Below are positions 17,251 through 27,145 of a stretch of DNA of 64,000 nucleotides, in pieces. The notes under the pieces are model-generated. The model made no database searches, was not told the DNA's origin, and was given only the letters and a program-made list of their open reading frames with translations. The translations under genes were made by a program, and so were the position numbers. Within the stretch, counting starts at the first letter, position 1. Every line of letters starts with the position of its first letter. Origin of the DNA: an uncultured Pelagibacteraceae bacterium (GTDB lineage: Bacteria > Pseudomonadota > Alphaproteobacteria > Pelagibacterales > Pelagibacteraceae); assembly GCA_902543665.1 (NCBI GenBank), contig CACBZI010000001.1, positions 603 through 64,602 of the forward strand, read 5' to 3'.

Positions 17251-18672
17251 ATGTCTAACTTTGTCTTTTACGATTTTGAGACCAGTTCATCTAATAAATA
17301 TTGGGGCCAAATAATTCAAATTGGCGCGGTATTAACTAATGACAATTTAGATGAACTAGATCGTTTTGATGCTAGGTGTAGATTAAGTCCTGGAATAATT
17401 CCGGAAGCTATGGCGCTGATTGTGAACAAGACCTCACCCTCAATGCTAAAAAAGTCTAACCTCTCACATTATGAAATGATTAGGCAGTTTGTTGAAACAC
17501 TTAAAAGATGGGGTAAGGCTACTTATATTGGGTTCAATAGTATTGAGTTTGATGAGGAATTTTTAAGGTGCACTTTGTTTCAAACATTAGAATATCCTTA
17601 CATTACAAGCACAAACGGAAACACTAGAGGAGATATTTTAAGTCTGGCAAGAGCTGCCAATCTGTATTATCCAAATACACTTAAAAATTCTGTAAACGAA
17701 AAAGGGAACGATGTTTACAAATTAGATCAAATGGCACCTTTAAATGGAATTGAACATGGAGACGCACATAGTGCAATTGGTGATGTAATAGCAACTATTG
17801 GAATAGCGAAATTAATTTCTAAAAAAGCTCCAAATGTTTGGAAAGCAAGCATGTTAACTATGGATAAAAATCAGTCTTTAGAATTAATAAAAAAAGAATT
17901 ACTTTTTTGTACGAATGAATATTTTTATGGAAGAAGTAGACCATATGTTCAAACGTTTATTTGTCAGCATCCTCAATATCAATGGCCATTATGTTTTGAT
18001 TTGAGACATGATCCTTCTCCATATTTGAATATGCCAATTAAAGAATTATCTGCAGCAATGAAAAAACAACCAAAATTTATTAGAACTGTTAGACATAATA
18101 AACATCCAGTTATTATGAATCCATCTTATGGAAATAAATTTGATGAGTATAAAATTATTGGTACAAAAAAATTAGAGGAAAGAGCTAAATTGATAAAAAA
18201 CAACGAACCTTTTGCAGAAAAGGTTGCTTCGGTAAAACGGTCTGAAATTGACGAAAAAGAACAAACAAAGTCACAAGAAGATTTATATAATGAGGAAAGC
18301 ATTTATGCTAAATTTACTTCAACAGAAGATAATAAAATAATGCCAGAGTTTCATAGTGTCGATTGGAATAAAAAACTTCAAGTTATCTCTAAGTTTAAAG
18401 ATGAAAGATTACAGTACTTTGGAAAAAAACTTCTTTACATGGAAAAACCTGAGATTTTAACTAAAACTGACTTTAATTTAATTCACAAAGATATTTCAAA
18501 AAAAATATTAAGCACTAATAACGAAAACTGGAATACAATTCCAAGAACTTATTCAGAGATAGATACTTTAAGAGCAAAATTCGAAAAAGAAAACCAACCA
18601 GAGAAACTAAAAATATTAGACGATATTAACGCATACGTTGAAGATTTAGAAAAATATTATTCATCTGCATAG
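17251..18672 (+). CDS. sbcB: Exodeoxyribonuclease I
   Basis: FYDFETS (DEDDh), GFNSIEFDEEF, NGIEHGDAHSAIGDVIAT, YAKF. Confidence 0.85.
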   Translation: MSNFVFYDFETSSSNKYWGQIIQIGAVLTNDNLDELDRFDARCRLSPGIIPEAMALIVNKTSPSMLKKSNLSHYEMIRQFVETLKRWGKATYIGFNSIEFDEEFLRCTLFQTLEYPYITSTNGNTRGDILSLARAANLYYPNTLKNSVNEKGNDVYKLDQMAPLNGIEHGDAHSAIGDVIATIGIAKLISKKAPNVWKASMLTMDKNQSLELIKKELLFCTNEYFYGRSRPYVQTFICQHPQYQWPLCFDLRHDPSPYLNMPIKELSAAMKKQPKFIRTVRHNKHPVIMNPSYGNKFDEYKIIGTKKLEERAKLIKNNEPFAEKVASVKRSEIDEKEQTKSQEDLYNEESIYAKFTSTEDNKIMPEFHSVDWNKKLQVISKFKDERLQYFGKKLLYMEKPEILTKTDFNLIHKDISKKILSTNNENWNTIPRTYSEIDTLRAKFEKENQPEKLKILDDINAYVEDLEKYYSSA

Positions 18673-18706
18673 TTGACAATAAAGAAAAAATACTTAATTA
18701 AAGGTT

Positions 18707-19024
18707 ATGGCCTTCAAAAATTCTTCAGATGAAAAATTTAGCGAACAAATTGGCGGAGACAAACTTTCACTAATTCAATTTTCAGCCTCATGGTGCGGAC
18801 CATGTCAACAACTTAAACCAATTATTGAAAAAATTGCAAATGAAATGTCTGATAAGATCGATTGTTATTATCACGACATTGAAAGCCAACCTAATGAGCC
18901 AACCAAATATTCAGTAAGAGGAGTGCCAACAATACTTTTGTTTAAAGAGGGTAAACTTTTGGGCACTAAGGTGGGAGCTTCAAGCGAAAAGGATATGCTT
19001 GAATTCATAAAACCACATATTTAA
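18707..19024 (+). CDS. trxA: Thioredoxin
   Basis: WCGPC active site; TTGACA at 18673 upstream. Confidence 0.95.
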   Translation: MAFKNSSDEKFSEQIGGDKLSLIQFSASWCGPCQQLKPIIEKIANEMSDKIDCYYHDIESQPNEPTKYSVRGVPTILLFKEGKLLGTKVGASSEKDMLEFIKPHI

Positions 19025-20277
19025 TTTTTATTTAAAATGTTACCACAATTATAAAGGCTGCCAAAACAAACTATAAGTTTTTTCTCTTTACTACTAATTT
19101 TTTTTAGCGCTTCTTTAAAACTTTTGCTGCTTTCTGATTTGAATTTATTCTTCACCGCTATTTGATACAGCTCTTTAGCTGAGACTGACTCATATTCACT
19201 TTCAATTGGCATAGTTACAATTTTCTTAAACACCCCTTTAAGTTCTTTGATAAACAAATCTGGTTCTTTATTTTTAGTCATAGCCCAAATTCCATATTTC
19301 GGAATTTTAAGTTCCTTTAAGTATACTGCTAAGTTTTTTGCATCGGCAATAGCGTGAGCTCCATCAATCATAATTATTTCGTTTTTATGAAGCTTATTCT
19401 TTATTTTACCTTTGTTTAGGTATTGAAATCGACCTTCGAAAGATAGAGAAGGCAAAGTTTTTTGGATAATTTTCTTATCAATATTAAGATCAAGAGCCAC
19501 TTTTATAGCTTGGCAAACATTTTCAAACATCCCTTTGGAATAAACATTTCTTGTGTTCAGTTTAATTTTTGTTTTCATATCTTGATAATAATATAATTTA
19601 TCTTTTCTAATTAGTTTCCAGCTATTTGGATAAATAATCTTACTTGCATTATTTTTCAAATATGCTTTAATTTTTTTCAAGACATATGGAGATTGTTTAC
19701 CTATATAAATACTTGTAAAGTTACTAAGAAAACCTACATCCTCTTTTATTACTTCATCTAAATTTTTTTTCTTTAAGAAATTCAAGTGTTGTTTATTTAT
19801 ATTTGTACAAATTTGAAGTTTTGGAAAGTCGTTGATATTATTTGAGTCCAATCTCCAAAGAGCACCTGTTTCTTGGATATTATAGTCTGCATTTATTTTT
19901 GATGCGTTAATAATGTAGACTAAGGTAAGACACTCAAAAATTGTTAATGGAATATTTAACTTTTCTATCTGTTTAATAGTCTTTTTAATTTCTTTATGAG
20001 TTAAGTATTTATTTCCGATATAAAATCTTTCACTAATGTCTTTAAGTGACGGTGAAATATGTGCTGTTACTTTTTGATTGTTTGCCTCTATAAATGATTT
20101 TAAAGAAAATAACGTAGTGAATTTACCAGACTCACCAATTATCGAAATTACATTTTTAAGTCTTTTCTCTGGATGATCTAATAATTTTAGAGCTAATTTA
20201 ATTCTTTTTAGGCCAAACTTAACAGATTTATTAAATAATTTATGCTTAGCTAGCTGATTGTATATCAACTTTGACAT
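19021..20277 (-). CDS. folC: FolC-like folylpolyglutamate/dihydrofolate synthase (divergent)
   Basis: Position after accD; FGLKRI, SPSL...ERF, RLD, EGRFQ, DGAH, GSLY; P-loop is degenerate (GESGKFTT). Confidence 0.8.
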   Translation of the reverse strand: MSKLIYNQLAKHKLFNKSVKFGLKRIKLALKLLDHPEKRLKNVISIIGESGKFTTLFSLKSFIEANNQKVTAHISPSLKDISERFYIGNKYLTHKEIKKTIKQIEKLNIPLTIFECLTLVYIINASKINADYNIQETGALWRLDSNNINDFPKLQICTNINKQHLNFLKKKNLDEVIKEDVGFLSNFTSIYIGKQSPYVLKKIKAYLKNNASKIIYPNSWKLIRKDKLYYYQDMKTKIKLNTRNVYSKGMFENVCQAIKVALDLNIDKKIIQKTLPSLSFEGRFQYLNKGKIKNKLHKNEIIMIDGAHAIADAKNLAVYLKELKIPKYGIWAMTKNKEPDLFIKELKGVFKKIVTMPIESEYESVSAKELYQIAVKNKFKSESSKSFKEALKKISSKEKKLIVCFGSLYNCGNILNKN

Positions 20278-21199
20278 TAGACGTTGACTCAGCTCGAGCT
20301 TCAATTTCAGATTTTTTAAGAAGAACTCTTACTAGATTAGTTATTTTTTCTCTGATTTCTTTTCTAGACTCAAATGCGCCATCAATCATACCGTTATCAA
20401 CGATACTTGATGCTTGACCGAAATCTTTAGGTAATTCTTGACCCTTATTCACAGCAGCGCTTACGCGTTTTCCAGCAAATAACATATTTTCTACTTTAGG
20501 AGACTCTGCAAAAATAAAATCATTTCCATAAACATTACAGAATGTTCCACCAGTAATCTTTGATGAACAAATTCCAATAGTAATTATACCTGCTTGCCTT
20601 AACATTTTCATTGCCATCATTTGGACCGGCATATTTTTAAGAGAGTTTAAGTTACCTGTTACTGCCATCCCACCGCTTTGATAGAAAGATACTACAGCAT
20701 CAACTTTTTCATCTAAAGCTTTTTGGATACCTGCAATTAAATGCTCACCTTCTCTTTGTGTTAAAGCAGCTCCACCGTGAGAAAAATTATAACCAAATGC
20801 AATTATGTTTAGACCATTAACGACTCCTTTTGCTGCTAATATCGCACTTTGTTGGCCAGTTTTCTTTTTATAAGAATTATATTTATCGATAAATCTTTTC
20901 TCTCCAATTTTGAAATTCAAAGGATCTGGATCAGCCCACTCGGGACAGTCAATAATCTCATATTCGCCATCATCAAAAAACATTTCTGAAAAACGAACTT
21001 TTGGATCTAGATCGAAATGGTATGTACATTTACAAATATTGAAATTTTTGTTTAAATCCTCTTTTAATTGCATTTGATTGCAACCAGGGCAATTTACCCA
21101 CATACTTTCAGCTTGGTCTTCTTTTGAGGGCCTTTCCCTTTTGAAAGTTTGTCTAGCTTTTTCAACAAAGCTTTTTACTTTTTCTTTAATCCAATTCAT
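20246..21199 (-). CDS. accD: Acetyl-CoA carboxylase carboxyltransferase beta subunit (divergent)
   Basis: WVNCPGC...CKC zinc ribbon, DPLNF, SGG, TGG, FAGKRV, GMID; trpA-accD-folC synteny. Confidence 0.85.
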   Translation of the reverse strand: MNWIKEKVKSFVEKARQTFKRERPSKEDQAESMWVNCPGCNQMQLKEDLNKNFNICKCTYHFDLDPKVRFSEMFFDDGEYEIIDCPEWADPDPLNFKIGEKRFIDKYNSYKKKTGQQSAILAAKGVVNGLNIIAFGYNFSHGGAALTQREGEHLIAGIQKALDEKVDAVVSFYQSGGMAVTGNLNSLKNMPVQMMAMKMLRQAGIITIGICSSKITGGTFCNVYGNDFIFAESPKVENMLFAGKRVSAAVNKGQELPKDFGQASSIVDNGMIDGAFESRKEIREKITNLVRVLLKKSEIEARAESTSNVKVDIQSAS

Positions 21200-21996
21200 A
21201 AAATTTTGTTTTTAAGATTGTACACAACTTTATCTAACTTTGTGACAGGATTTTGTCTCATTTTGATAGAATTACTAATAGTTTTACACAAAAGACTGCC
21301 TACAACTAGCCCATCTGCTAATTTTAAGGCATTTATTGTCTTATTGGTGATGCCGAACCCTATTACTAAATTCTTTTTGGGTTTAATACTTTTTATTTTA
21401 TTATAGTTTTCTAAAATTTTCTTAGGAGAAACCTTAAGCTTTCCTCCAGTAGTCGAAAGCATTGAAATATAGTAAATCATATCATGTGAGTCATTAATAA
21501 TCTTTTTCATTCTTTCTTTAGTAGTAGTTGGAGCTAAAAGTTGTATAAAACTTATTGATTTTTTTTTACATTTTTTAGCAAATGATTTATTTTCAGGATA
21601 GGGAAGATCAACAATTATTAATCCATCTACACCAGATTTTTCACAATTCTTTAAAAAATTATTTTCACCACTTTGATAAATTAAATTGAAATAACCCATT
21701 AGTATTATAGGTTTTGACGGATTTCTTTTTTTAAACTTCTTAACAATTTGAAAAACATCTTTTAATTTAATTCCATTTTTAAGTGCTCGATGAGAGCTAC
21801 CTTGAATTTGTCCTCCATCAGCTATGGGAGTATTATGTGGAAATCCAAGCTCAAGAATATCAGCATGTTTTGATATTTTATTTAATATGTTAAGTGATAC
21901 ATTTTTTGTATTATCACCTGCAACAATGTAAGTAATTAAAGCTGGTCTTTTTTCTTTTTTACATTTATTAAAAGCCAAAGTGATACTTGATTTCAT
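21196..21996 (-). CDS. trpA: Tryptophan synthase alpha chain
   Basis: YIVAGD, LELGFP..PIADG..IQ, MGYFN, GLIIVDLP, LLAPTT, GFGI, ADGLVVGS. Confidence 0.95.
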   Translation of the reverse strand: MKSSITLAFNKCKKEKRPALITYIVAGDNTKNVSLNILNKISKHADILELGFPHNTPIADGGQIQGSSHRALKNGIKLKDVFQIVKKFKKRNPSKPIILMGYFNLIYQSGENNFLKNCEKSGVDGLIIVDLPYPENKSFAKKCKKKSISFIQLLAPTTTKERMKKIINDSHDMIYYISMLSTTGGKLKVSPKKILENYNKIKSIKPKKNLVIGFGITNKTINALKLADGLVVGSLLCKTISNSIKMRQNPVTKLDKVVYNLKNKIL

Positions 21997-23225
21997 CTTA
22001 TATAGTAACCCAATCTTTGCTTTATAATATCTTTATCTTTAAGACTATCTCCACAAGAATTAACAATAATTACTTCTGAAGACTTTAACTTTGGAGCTAA
22101 TCGTATTGCTTCTGCAAATGCGTGAGAAGGTTCTAGCGATGGAGAAATATTTTCAAGCTTAGATACTAATTTATAAGCTTTGAGGGCATCTTCATCACTT
22201 ACCGAAGTATATTTAGCTCTCTTTGAATCTTTAAGAAAACAATGAAGCGGGGATATCCCTGGGTAATCAAGCCCTGCAGAAATTGACTCTGTTGATCCAA
22301 TTTGTCCTTCTTTATCCTGGATTACATATTGCGCTGCACCATGAAGAATTCCGATTTTTGATCCATTAGTTAGAGGCGCAGCATGAAGTTTGCTATTTTT
22401 TGGTCCACCTGCTTCAACACCTATAAATTCAGCGTCTGTTTCCATAAACTCATTCCAAAAACCTGCCGCAGAACTTCCGCCACCAACACAGTTTATTAAT
22501 TTTAGTTTTTTAGGAATTTTTCCAAATTCAAGTATTACTTGGTTTACTAATTCTCTAGAAATCTGAGCTGTACTCCAAGCGCAAATCTTTACAAATATAT
22601 TTGGACCAACTGTTGAGCCTATACAATTATGGACACGGTCACAGTTTGATACCCAATATCTCATACATTCGCTAACAGCATCAACTAATGTTTGACTTCC
22701 GGTTGTTACTGGAACAATTTGGGCACCATTTTTTTTTATAGCTTCAACATTCGGCCTTTGTCTTTTAATATCTTTAGCACCCATAAAAATTTTACATTTA
22801 AGTCCAAATTTTTTTGCCGCCATTGAGAGCATTTTTCCAGCATAACCAGCACCTGTATCTCCTACGATATATTTTTTTCCTGCTTTTTTTGCTATCAAAC
22901 AATGTACAGTGGCATTATAAATTTTATGCGCACCACCATTAGCTTCAGAAACTACTTTTGCATATATTTGAGCTCCACCTAATTGATCGGTCAAGTTTTC
23001 AAGTTTAATAAAAGGTGTGGGTGTACCAATATATGTCCGAAAATAATAATCTCTCTCTTTGATAAAACTTTTATTTTTCCTTAATTTTGAAAATAGTTGA
23101 GTTAGATCATCTATAGGTTTTTTTAACGTTTCGGGAATAAAATTTCCCCCAAATTTACCGCCATACATAAAATTCTTGTCATGTTGATCTATAAGAGGAA
23201 CACCTTTTCTAATTTTTAAGCTCAT
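21993..23225 (-). CDS. trpB: Tryptophan synthase beta chain (divergent)
   Basis: GKFGGNFIPETL, GAHK (PLP Lys), CVGGGS, SISAGLDYPG, LEPSHA; ATG 23225 preferred to track start 23309. Confidence 0.9.
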   Translation of the reverse strand: MSLKIRKGVPLIDQHDKNFMYGGKFGGNFIPETLKKPIDDLTQLFSKLRKNKSFIKERDYYFRTYIGTPTPFIKLENLTDQLGGAQIYAKVVSEANGGAHKIYNATVHCLIAKKAGKKYIVGDTGAGYAGKMLSMAAKKFGLKCKIFMGAKDIKRQRPNVEAIKKNGAQIVPVTTGSQTLVDAVSECMRYWVSNCDRVHNCIGSTVGPNIFVKICAWSTAQISRELVNQVILEFGKIPKKLKLINCVGGGSSAAGFWNEFMETDAEFIGVEAGGPKNSKLHAAPLTNGSKIGILHGAAQYVIQDKEGQIGSTESISAGLDYPGISPLHCFLKDSKRAKYTSVSDEDALKAYKLVSKLENISPSLEPSHAFAEAIRLAPKLKSSEVIIVNSCGDSLKDKDIIKQRLGYYIR

Positions 23226-23823
23226 TAACTTTTTCAATAAATTTTTTAATCTTATGATGATCTTTGTATCCCATTTGGTTATCTGATTCCAAGCTGCTAG
23301 ACAAATCACAAAAGTTAACCCCTAATTTCATAATATTTCCAATATTAATATGAGAGATTGAGCCCGCTAAAGCAAATTTTTCACCTTGAGGTAGCTTAGA
23401 AATTAAATTTTCTGGAAATTTTATAGATTTTTCCATACCAGGCGTATCAAATAAAATTATATCTGCATTATTGTACTGTTTATAAATATCTATATCATGC
23501 TCTTTATAAATCTTAATTGCTTTTATAATTTTAATACCCATTGATTTAATTTCCTCAACTCTTTTACTAGTTTCGGACCCGTGAAGCTGTATGTAATCAA
23601 AATTATTTAATATTACCTTTTTTATAAATTCATTAGTTGGATTTACTGTCACAGCTACAAATGATGAGTTTTTTTTATTATAATCTTTTAATAATGGAAT
23701 ATATTTTAAATCAATATTTCTGGGTGATTTACTATAGAATACAAATCCAAGAAAATTAATTTTCAAATCAATACATATCTGTACATCTCTGACTGGGTGT
23801 AAGCCACAAATTTTCACTTTCAT
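23209..23823 (-). CDS. trpF: Phosphoribosylanthranilate isomerase
   Basis: VKICGL, GFVFYSKSPR, IQLHGSE, LAGS, DLSSSLES. Confidence 0.93.
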   Translation of the reverse strand: MKVKICGLHPVRDVQICIDLKINFLGFVFYSKSPRNIDLKYIPLLKDYNKKNSSFVAVTVNPTNEFIKKVILNNFDYIQLHGSETSKRVEEIKSMGIKIIKAIKIYKEHDIDIYKQYNNADIILFDTPGMEKSIKFPENLISKLPQGEKFALAGSISHINIGNIMKLGVNFCDLSSSLESDNQMGYKDHHKIKKFIEKVNELKN

Positions 23824-24498
23824 TTACTTTAATTCTTCAACAAGTTTTTTAATATTCTTTTTAATATTTCCGTTTGTAATACTTCTACCCATCACTAGAG
23901 CGGTAGCACCATTTTTAAAAGCACTTTTCGGACTCATTATTCTGATCTGATCATCTTTCTTAACAGAATTGAGTCTTATTCCAGGAGTAATTATTTCCTT
24001 TTTAAATACTTTTTTAACTATTTTAACTTCTTGTGGACTGCATACCAAACCATCTAACCGTGCTTTCTTTGCGAGCCTTGCTTGATATAGAACAACTTTT
24101 TGAACATTTTTATCAAAACCTATATTTTTTAAGGACTTATTATCTAATGATGTAAGCACTGTAACACCTATTAGTTTTGAAAAACCTGAGACTTTTTTAG
24201 CAGCTCTAAGAGCTTTTAATCCAGAATTAATATGAATAGTTATATAATTAAATCTTAAATCTTTTACAGCTTTTACTGAGGCAGCACAAGTATTTGGAAT
24301 ATCCGCAAGTTTATAATCTCCAAAAGTAATCTTATTTTTTAACGTTGATATAAATTTTCTACCATTTTTTGAATTTAAAAATTCTAAACCAAATTTGTAA
24401 CCAAAATTTAATTTTGAGTTTTCAGTTTCTTTGATAATTTTTTTTACCTTTTTAATGCTAGTAGTATCACATGCGATAAAAATTTTTAATTTTTTCAT
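23824..24498 (-). CDS. pyrF: Orotidine 5'-phosphate decarboxylase
   Basis: IACD, DYKLADIPNT, VTVLTS, VCSPQE, TPGIR, DDQIR, VMGRSIT. Confidence 0.94.
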   Translation of the reverse strand: MKKLKIFIACDTTSIKKVKKIIKETENSKLNFGYKFGLEFLNSKNGRKFISTLKNKITFGDYKLADIPNTCAASVKAVKDLRFNYITIHINSGLKALRAAKKVSGFSKLIGVTVLTSLDNKSLKNIGFDKNVQKVVLYQARLAKKARLDGLVCSPQEVKIVKKVFKKEIITPGIRLNSVKKDDQIRIMSPKSAFKNGATALVMGRSITNGNIKKNIKKLVEELK

Positions 24499-24776
24499 AA
24501 GTTAATGAATTTTTTAAGTTTTTTACTTGCTTTAAATCTTACCTTATTTTTTTCAGGAACATATATTAATTTTCCTGTTTTAGGATTTCTAGCGGAGTAT
24601 TTTTCTTTAATTTTTTTTATAAATAAAGTTCCGAATCCTCTAATTTGAATATCATTCCCTTTGATTAGCGACTTTTCTAGGCAATTACAGAATATATCAT
24701 ATATTCGTTCTAACTCAGATTGGCTTAGTTTTGGATTTTTTTCTTTTAATTTTTTAATTAAGTCAGGTTTTGACAA
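24495..24776 (-). CDS. ihfB: Integration host factor beta / HU-family protein
   Basis: IQIRGFG, ARNPKTG, FKASKKLK; directly follows rpsA. Confidence 0.85.
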   Translation of the reverse strand: MSKPDLIKKLKEKNPKLSQSELERIYDIFCNCLEKSLIKGNDIQIRGFGTLFIKKIKEKYSARNPKTGKLIYVPEKNKVRFKASKKLKKFINL

Positions 24777-26498
24777 TTATTTTTCTTTTTTACCCTTTTT
24801 TCCGATAGCCTTTTCAAAAATTCCTTTTAAGGTTGCGCCAGACTTAGTTGCTCCCTCACCAAATTTTGCGATTAGAGATTTTTCTTCATCTATTTGGGCA
24901 GCTTTCACACTCAGCTTAATTTTTCTTGCTTTAAGATCTAAATCAGTAATTTTTGCATCAAGAGCATTTCCAGGTGAAAATACTTCAGGTCTCGCATCTG
25001 CAGTATCCTTCGCTAAGTCAGCTTTTCTGATAGTGACTATAAGTTTTTTATCTTTATCTATAGAAACTTTTACACCTGTTTTTAATACCTCATGAATTCT
25101 TGTTGTTATAACATCTCCAACTTTTTTTTTGTTTTCATCAAACCATTCAAAAGGATCTTTATCTAGAGCTCTTTTTGAAAATCTAATCTTATCATCTTTT
25201 ATCTCTAAAATTTTTACTTCTATTATATCGTTTTTTTTAAATTTCTTCAGATTTTCAACATTTTCATCATATGATATCTCCTTGTAATGCAACATACCTG
25301 AAAGTTTTTTATCTACCAATTCTCCAAAAAGAGCTTTATCAGTAATATTATTTATTTTAATTTTTACTTTTTCTCCCAATTTGTTTTTAATTTGTTCCCA
25401 AGGATTTTCCAAGGTTGCTTTATAAGATAAAGAAATTCTTTTAGTATCCTTATCGATATTAACAATTTTAAATTTAATTTTCTGAGACACAGATAAAATT
25501 TTACTTGGTTTTACATTTTTATTTGTCCAGTCAAGTTCTGAATTATGAATAAGACCCTCTATAGAATCTTCAATTTTAACAAAACATCCGTAGTCCATAA
25601 TTTTTGTAACTACACCTTCGTAAATTTCACCAACTTTATATTTTTTGTCTATGTTTTCATATGGATCTTCTGTTAAAGCTTTTACTGACGCTGAAACACG
25701 ATTAGTTTTTTCATCAATTTTAGTAATTTTTACCTTTAACTTTTGTCCAATGGTAACCAAGTCAGCTGGTTTCTTAACTCTTCCGTGACTCAGGTCAGAT
25801 ACATGTAGTAAAGCATCTATGCCATTAATATCTAAAAAAATTCCCCAGTCAGTAGTAGCTTTGACTATTGCATTATCAACAATGTCCCCTTCTTTTATAT
25901 TTTTAAGAGCTTCAACGATTTCAGCATTTTTACTTTTTTCAAGAACAGCTCTTCTTGATACACAAACATTACCACGATTTTTATCAATCCTTGTCGCAAT
26001 AACTTTCACAGGTGTATTCATAAGATGATCTATTCTTTTTAAAGGTCTAACATCGATTTGAGAAGAAGGCATAAAGCAAGGGAGTCCCTCAACAGTTGCT
26101 ATAAATCCACCTTTAACTTTTCCTGTGATGTAGCCAGTCATTTCTTCCTGTGTTTCAAAAACTTTTTCCATTTTCCTCCACGCTTTCATTTTACGCGCCT
26201 TATCTCTTGAGATAATTATTTCCCCTTTAAAACTTTCTATACGTTCAAGATACACATCAATTTGTGATCCTGGCTTCAATTTTTCAAATTCATTATCATT
26301 TTTAAACTCTTCTACAGGTATCATACCTTCCATTTTAGCTTTACAATCTACAACAACAAAATTTTTTGTAATTTCTGTCACAGTTGCCTTAATAATTTCG
26401 TTTTCTTTTAATTTTCTATTTTTGAAGTCTTTATCTAGAAGTGTTTGGAATTCTTTGTGTAAAGTGCTATTTTTTTTAATTTCTTGTTCGATAGCCAT
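24777..26498 (-). CDS. rpsA: 30S ribosomal protein S1
   Basis: Multiple S1 repeats (GKVKGGF, FMPSSQID, DALLHVSDLS, EGLIHNSEL). Confidence 0.97.
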   Translation of the reverse strand: MAIEQEIKKNSTLHKEFQTLLDKDFKNRKLKENEIIKATVTEITKNFVVVDCKAKMEGMIPVEEFKNDNEFEKLKPGSQIDVYLERIESFKGEIIISRDKARKMKAWRKMEKVFETQEEMTGYITGKVKGGFIATVEGLPCFMPSSQIDVRPLKRIDHLMNTPVKVIATRIDKNRGNVCVSRRAVLEKSKNAEIVEALKNIKEGDIVDNAIVKATTDWGIFLDINGIDALLHVSDLSHGRVKKPADLVTIGQKLKVKITKIDEKTNRVSASVKALTEDPYENIDKKYKVGEIYEGVVTKIMDYGCFVKIEDSIEGLIHNSELDWTNKNVKPSKILSVSQKIKFKIVNIDKDTKRISLSYKATLENPWEQIKNKLGEKVKIKINNITDKALFGELVDKKLSGMLHYKEISYDENVENLKKFKKNDIIEVKILEIKDDKIRFSKRALDKDPFEWFDENKKKVGDVITTRIHEVLKTGVKVSIDKDKKLIVTIRKADLAKDTADARPEVFSPGNALDAKITDLDLKARKIKLSVKAAQIDEEKSLIAKFGEGATKSGATLKGIFEKAIGKKGKKEK

Positions 26499-26500
26499 AA

Positions 26501-27145
26501 TTATTCTTTAATAACTTTCTCAACGTATTTAATCATTTTTGTCAGCATCGCTTGTTTATTAAGTTTTCCGGTGTCGATTTCTATCGAATCTCGATGTTTA
26601 AGTAAAGGAGAGTTTTTTCGCTTTGTATCTAAATTATTTCTTATTCTAAGGGCTTTTTTAACATCCTTAAATGTTATGCTATTATCTCTTTTTTTTAATT
26701 CTTTGTATCTTCTTTTAGCAGCAGTATTTAAATCACATTTGAAGAAAAATTTCACATCAGATTTTGGAATAATTTTTGTAGATATATCTCTTCCTTCAAT
26801 ACAACAATTTTTATGTTTCTGAGAGAAATTAATTTGAAATCGTTTTAAAATTTTTCTTATTCCATTTTTCTTGGCTATAATAGCACTATGAGCAGATATT
26901 TTTGGAGTATGTAAATTTAAATTCTTAATTTTGTTATAATCAAGATCTTTAAATTTAATCCTTAAAAATTTTACAATATTTTTTGGATCTTCTTTCAATA
27001 TCAAATAACTAGCATATCTATACAATAAACCAGATGATAAAAATTTAAGCTTGTACTTTTTGGATATAAGCTTCGCGCCAGTTGATTTTCCAGTCGCCGC
27101 ACCACCGTCACATGAAATCTGTAATAATTTACTTTTGTACTTCAA
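26501..27145 (-). CDS. cmk: Cytidylate kinase
   Basis: DGGAATGKST, SSGLLYR, EGRDI, SPL; cmk-rpsA synteny. Confidence 0.92.
   Translation of the reverse strand: MKYKSKLLQISCDGGAATGKSTGAKLISKKYKLKFLSSGLLYRYASYLILKEDPKNIVKFLRIKFKDLDYNKIKNLNLHTPKISAHSAIIAKKNGIRKILKRFQINFSQKHKNCCIEGRDISTKIIPKSDVKFFFKCDLNTAAKRRYKELKKRDNSITFKDVKKALRIRNNLDTKRKNSPLLKHRDSIEIDTGKLNKQAMLTKMIKYVEKVIKE

Noticed and set aside
24661-25095. 144-aa plus-strand ORF
   Set aside because: Antisense to rpsA/ihfB with no motif. The other short ORFs overlapping identified genes (e.g. 428, 2575, 26484, 41010, 44674, 51301, 58596) are rejected likewise.
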